From Thermoplasmata archaeon (GTDB lineage Archaea; Thermoplasmatota; Thermoplasmata; UBA10834), in assembly GCA_025457815.1 (NCBI GenBank), contig JALOTQ010000001.1, positions 17 through 64,016 of the forward strand: a stretch of 64,000 nucleotides of DNA, given 5' to 3'. This document shows positions 61,778 to 64,000 of the stretch, one piece after another; within the stretch, counting starts at the first letter, position 1, and each line of letters starts with the position of its first letter. Position numbers and translations under genes: made by a program. A model generated the notes under the pieces. It did no database searches. It saw only the letters and a program-made list of their open reading frames with translations, and was not told where the DNA came from.

Positions 61778-62346
61778 GCCGAAAAGGATCGACCGGGGGC
61801 CGCAAGAAGGAGCTGGGGAGGAGAACGAGGGAGACGGAGATAGTGGTGAAGCTCGACCTCGACGGCTCGGGAACCTACAAGTGCGACATTCCCGACGAGT
61901 TCCTTAGGCACATGGTCGAGACGCTCGCCAGATACTCTGGCGCGGACATCGAGATAGCGGCGAAGGGAGACATCGCACACCACTTGATCGAGGATGTCGC
62001 GATCGCCCTTGGAAAGACCTTCCGCGAAGCGCTCGGGGAAACGACCGTGCAACGTATCGGAAGCGCGGTCGTGCCGATGGACGACGCGCTCGTGCAGGTG
62101 TCAGTGGATTTGATCGACCGACCGTTCGTGCACATCGAGGTCCCCAACCTGATGTACGAGCACTTCCTCAGGTCGTTCGCAATGGAGCTGAAGGCCACCG
62201 TGCACACCGTCGTGCTCCGTGGAAAGGATGAGCACCACATCGTCGAAGCCACGTTCAAGGCGCTCGGGCTCGCCCTCAAGGAGGCCATGGCCAGGTCGGG
62301 CAAGACGATGTCCACGAAGTCCAAGGTCGAGTGGAGGAAAGCCTGA
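61774..62346 (+). CDS. hisB: Imidazoleglycerol-phosphate dehydratase
   Basis: RRTRET, HHLIED, PMDD, HHIVEATFKA. Confidence 0.94.
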   Translation: MSRKGSTGGRKKELGRRTRETEIVVKLDLDGSGTYKCDIPDEFLRHMVETLARYSGADIEIAAKGDIAHHLIEDVAIALGKTFREALGETTVQRIGSAVVPMDDALVQVSVDLIDRPFVHIEVPNLMYEHFLRSFAMELKATVHTVVLRGKDEHHIVEATFKALGLALKEAMARSGKTMSTKSKVEWRKA

Positions 62347-63116
62347 TGCCTCTGACCAAGAGGATCATACCCTGCTTGGACGTGAGAGAGGGCGTCGTCG
62401 TGAAGGGTGTGTGCTTCAAGGACCTCAGGAAGGTCGGAGATCCTCCCACCCTTGCCGTTGAGTACCAGGACCAGGGGGCAGACGAGATAGTCTTCCTCGA
62501 CGTGAAGGCGACCGTGGCAGGCCAGAGGACGCTCCACGAAGCCGTCCGGAAGACCGCGGAAACGCTGTTCATACCCTTGACCGTGGGCGGCGGGATACGG
62601 TCCTTCAAGGACGTCCGGGACACGCTCAAGGCGGGCGCGGACAAGACATCGATCAACACCGCCGCCGTCCAGAACCCCGGGCTTATCACGGAGTGTGCGG
62701 ACGCCTTTGGGAGCCAATGCGTCGTGCTGGCCCTCGACGCGAAGCGGAAGGGAGACAGCTGGGAGGTCTACTCCCACTCCGGAACCACCCCGGCGGGGCT
62801 CGACGCGGTCGATTGGGCGAAGGACGCGTGCGACCGGGGGGCGGGCGAGATACTGCTCACTAGCATCGACGCGGACGGGACGAAGGCGGGCTATGACGTC
62901 GAGCTCACGAGGAGCGTGGTCAGAGCCGTCAATGTGCCAGTGATAGCGTCCGGTGGCTGCGGGACCATCGATCACATCGTCGAAGTCCTGACCAAGGGCG
63001 AGGCGGATGCGGCCCTGGCTGCTTCGATATTCCACTACGGTGAGCACACCGTTGCGGACGTGAAGAAGATCCTCGAATCAAAAGGCGTTCTGATACGGAA
63101 GGACGTGGGAATGTGA
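62346..63116 (+). CDS. hisF: Imidazole glycerol phosphate synthase cyclase subunit
   Basis: KRIIPCLDV, GADE..FLD, VGGGI, DGTKAGYD, ASGG, AASIFH. Confidence 0.96.
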   Translation: MPLTKRIIPCLDVREGVVVKGVCFKDLRKVGDPPTLAVEYQDQGADEIVFLDVKATVAGQRTLHEAVRKTAETLFIPLTVGGGIRSFKDVRDTLKAGADKTSINTAAVQNPGLITECADAFGSQCVVLALDAKRKGDSWEVYSHSGTTPAGLDAVDWAKDACDRGAGEILLTSIDADGTKAGYDVELTRSVVRAVNVPVIASGGCGTIDHIVEVLTKGEADAALAASIFHYGEHTVADVKKILESKGVLIRKDVGM

Positions 63117-63691
63117 GCGGGAAGCAGGAATTGACACCGGTGGTTGTGCAGGACGCGAAGAACAACAACGTGCTCATGCTCGCGTACATGAACCAGGAGG
63201 CTATGGACCTCACTAAGAAAACCGGGTACATGCACTACTGGAGCAGGTCGAGGAACGCCATATGGAAGAAGGGTGAGACTTCGGGCAACTTCCAGAAATG
63301 CATAGAGCTGATGACCGATTGCGATGGAGACGCCTTTCTGGCGAGGGTGGAGCAGACCGGGGTCGCATGCCACACCGGACAGTACTCGTGCTTCAGCAAG
63401 GATCCGATCCCGCCCAACGACATCGTAAGGGCTCTATGGCGTGTGTTCGAGGAGAGGAAGGAGACTCAGGAGGGTTCCTCATACACCGTGAAGCTCCTGA
63501 GGAACCGCAACTACCTCTTGAAGAAGATAGCCGAGGAGAGCTCGGAGGTCATCATCGCCGCGAAGGACAAGTCGAGGAAGGAGGTAGTGTACGAGGCGGG
63601 CGACCTGATGTACCACCTGATGGTCCTGCTGTTCGATGAGAACATAACCATGGACGACATCTACGGGGAACTGGAGGCACGGAGAAAATGA
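63113..63691 (+). CDS. hisIE: Bifunctional PR-AMP cyclohydrolase / PR-ATP pyrophosphatase
   Basis: WSRSR..WKKGETSG, DCDGD, ACHTG..SCF; SYT, EE..E, DLMYH. Confidence 0.95.
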   Translation: MSGKQELTPVVVQDAKNNNVLMLAYMNQEAMDLTKKTGYMHYWSRSRNAIWKKGETSGNFQKCIELMTDCDGDAFLARVEQTGVACHTGQYSCFSKDPIPPNDIVRALWRVFEERKETQEGSSYTVKLLRNRNYLLKKIAEESSEVIIAAKDKSRKEVVYEAGDLMYHLMVLLFDENITMDDIYGELEARRK

Positions 63692-64000
63692 GGGCAAGGA
63701 GATGCGACTTCCACATGCACTCGCTGTTCAGTGACGGCGAGCTGCTGCCGATGGAGCTCATAAGGAGGGCCGCGGCGGCAGACCACAGGGCGATAGCGAT
63801 CACGGACCACGCGTCATTCTCCAACCTGGAGCATGTCATCAAGAGCGTCGCGATGGACTGCAAGAAGTCCAATGCGTGGGGCATCGAGGCGATACCTGGC
63901 GTCGAACTGACCCACGTTCCAGTAAGGTACATCGACGACGCGGTCAGGAAATCGAGGAAGGCAGGGGCCGAACTCATCGTGATTCACGGCGAAACTCCTG
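63688..64000 (+). CDS. 3'-truncated PHP-domain protein (probable histidinol-phosphatase)
   Basis: ATG overlaps the hisIE stop; DFHMHSLFSDG, AITDH, PGVELTHVP, HGET; runs off the window. Confidence 0.85.
   Translation, partial: MRARRCDFHMHSLFSDGELLPMELIRRAAAADHRAIAITDHASFSNLEHVIKSVAMDCKKSNAWGIEAIPGVELTHVPVRYIDDAVRKSRKAGAELIVIHGETP

Overview
A GC-rich, gene-dense archaeal chromosome segment. Gene content suggests class Thermoplasmata (inference from Trm56 with an HD partner, Elp3, VAT/Cdc48, Sec61-beta, PRC-barrel proteins, a KaiC-like fusion and class II LysRS). It is mostly housekeeping and metabolism: purM, rlmE, Lhr helicase, enolase, trxB/trx, a 2-oxoacid:ferredoxin oxidoreductase operon, lysS, a complete his operon, two ABC systems and two tRNAs (CAT, probably Ile2, and Asn-GTT). 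I found no integrase, transposase or CRISPR array. Main oddities: (1) a circularly permuted SsuA/TauA-type solute-binding protein with a divergent XRE regulator and a perfect palindrome between them; (2) four genes whose best-placed start codon is non-canonical (CTG, ATC, ATC, ACG); (3) an operon combining a NifV-like synthase, a LeuCD-type hydratase and a true NADP isocitrate dehydrogenase, possibly a non-standard route to 2-oxoglutarate; (4) a coupled pair of TPR genes, one Zn-ribbon-TPR and one degenerate-Mrr-TPR-SAP; (5) several redox or ATPase proteins lacking their catalytic residues (Cys-free MvhD domain on HdrA, Cys-free AhpD, pseudo-ATPase KaiC). All family calls come from motif recognition by eye, not from database searches.
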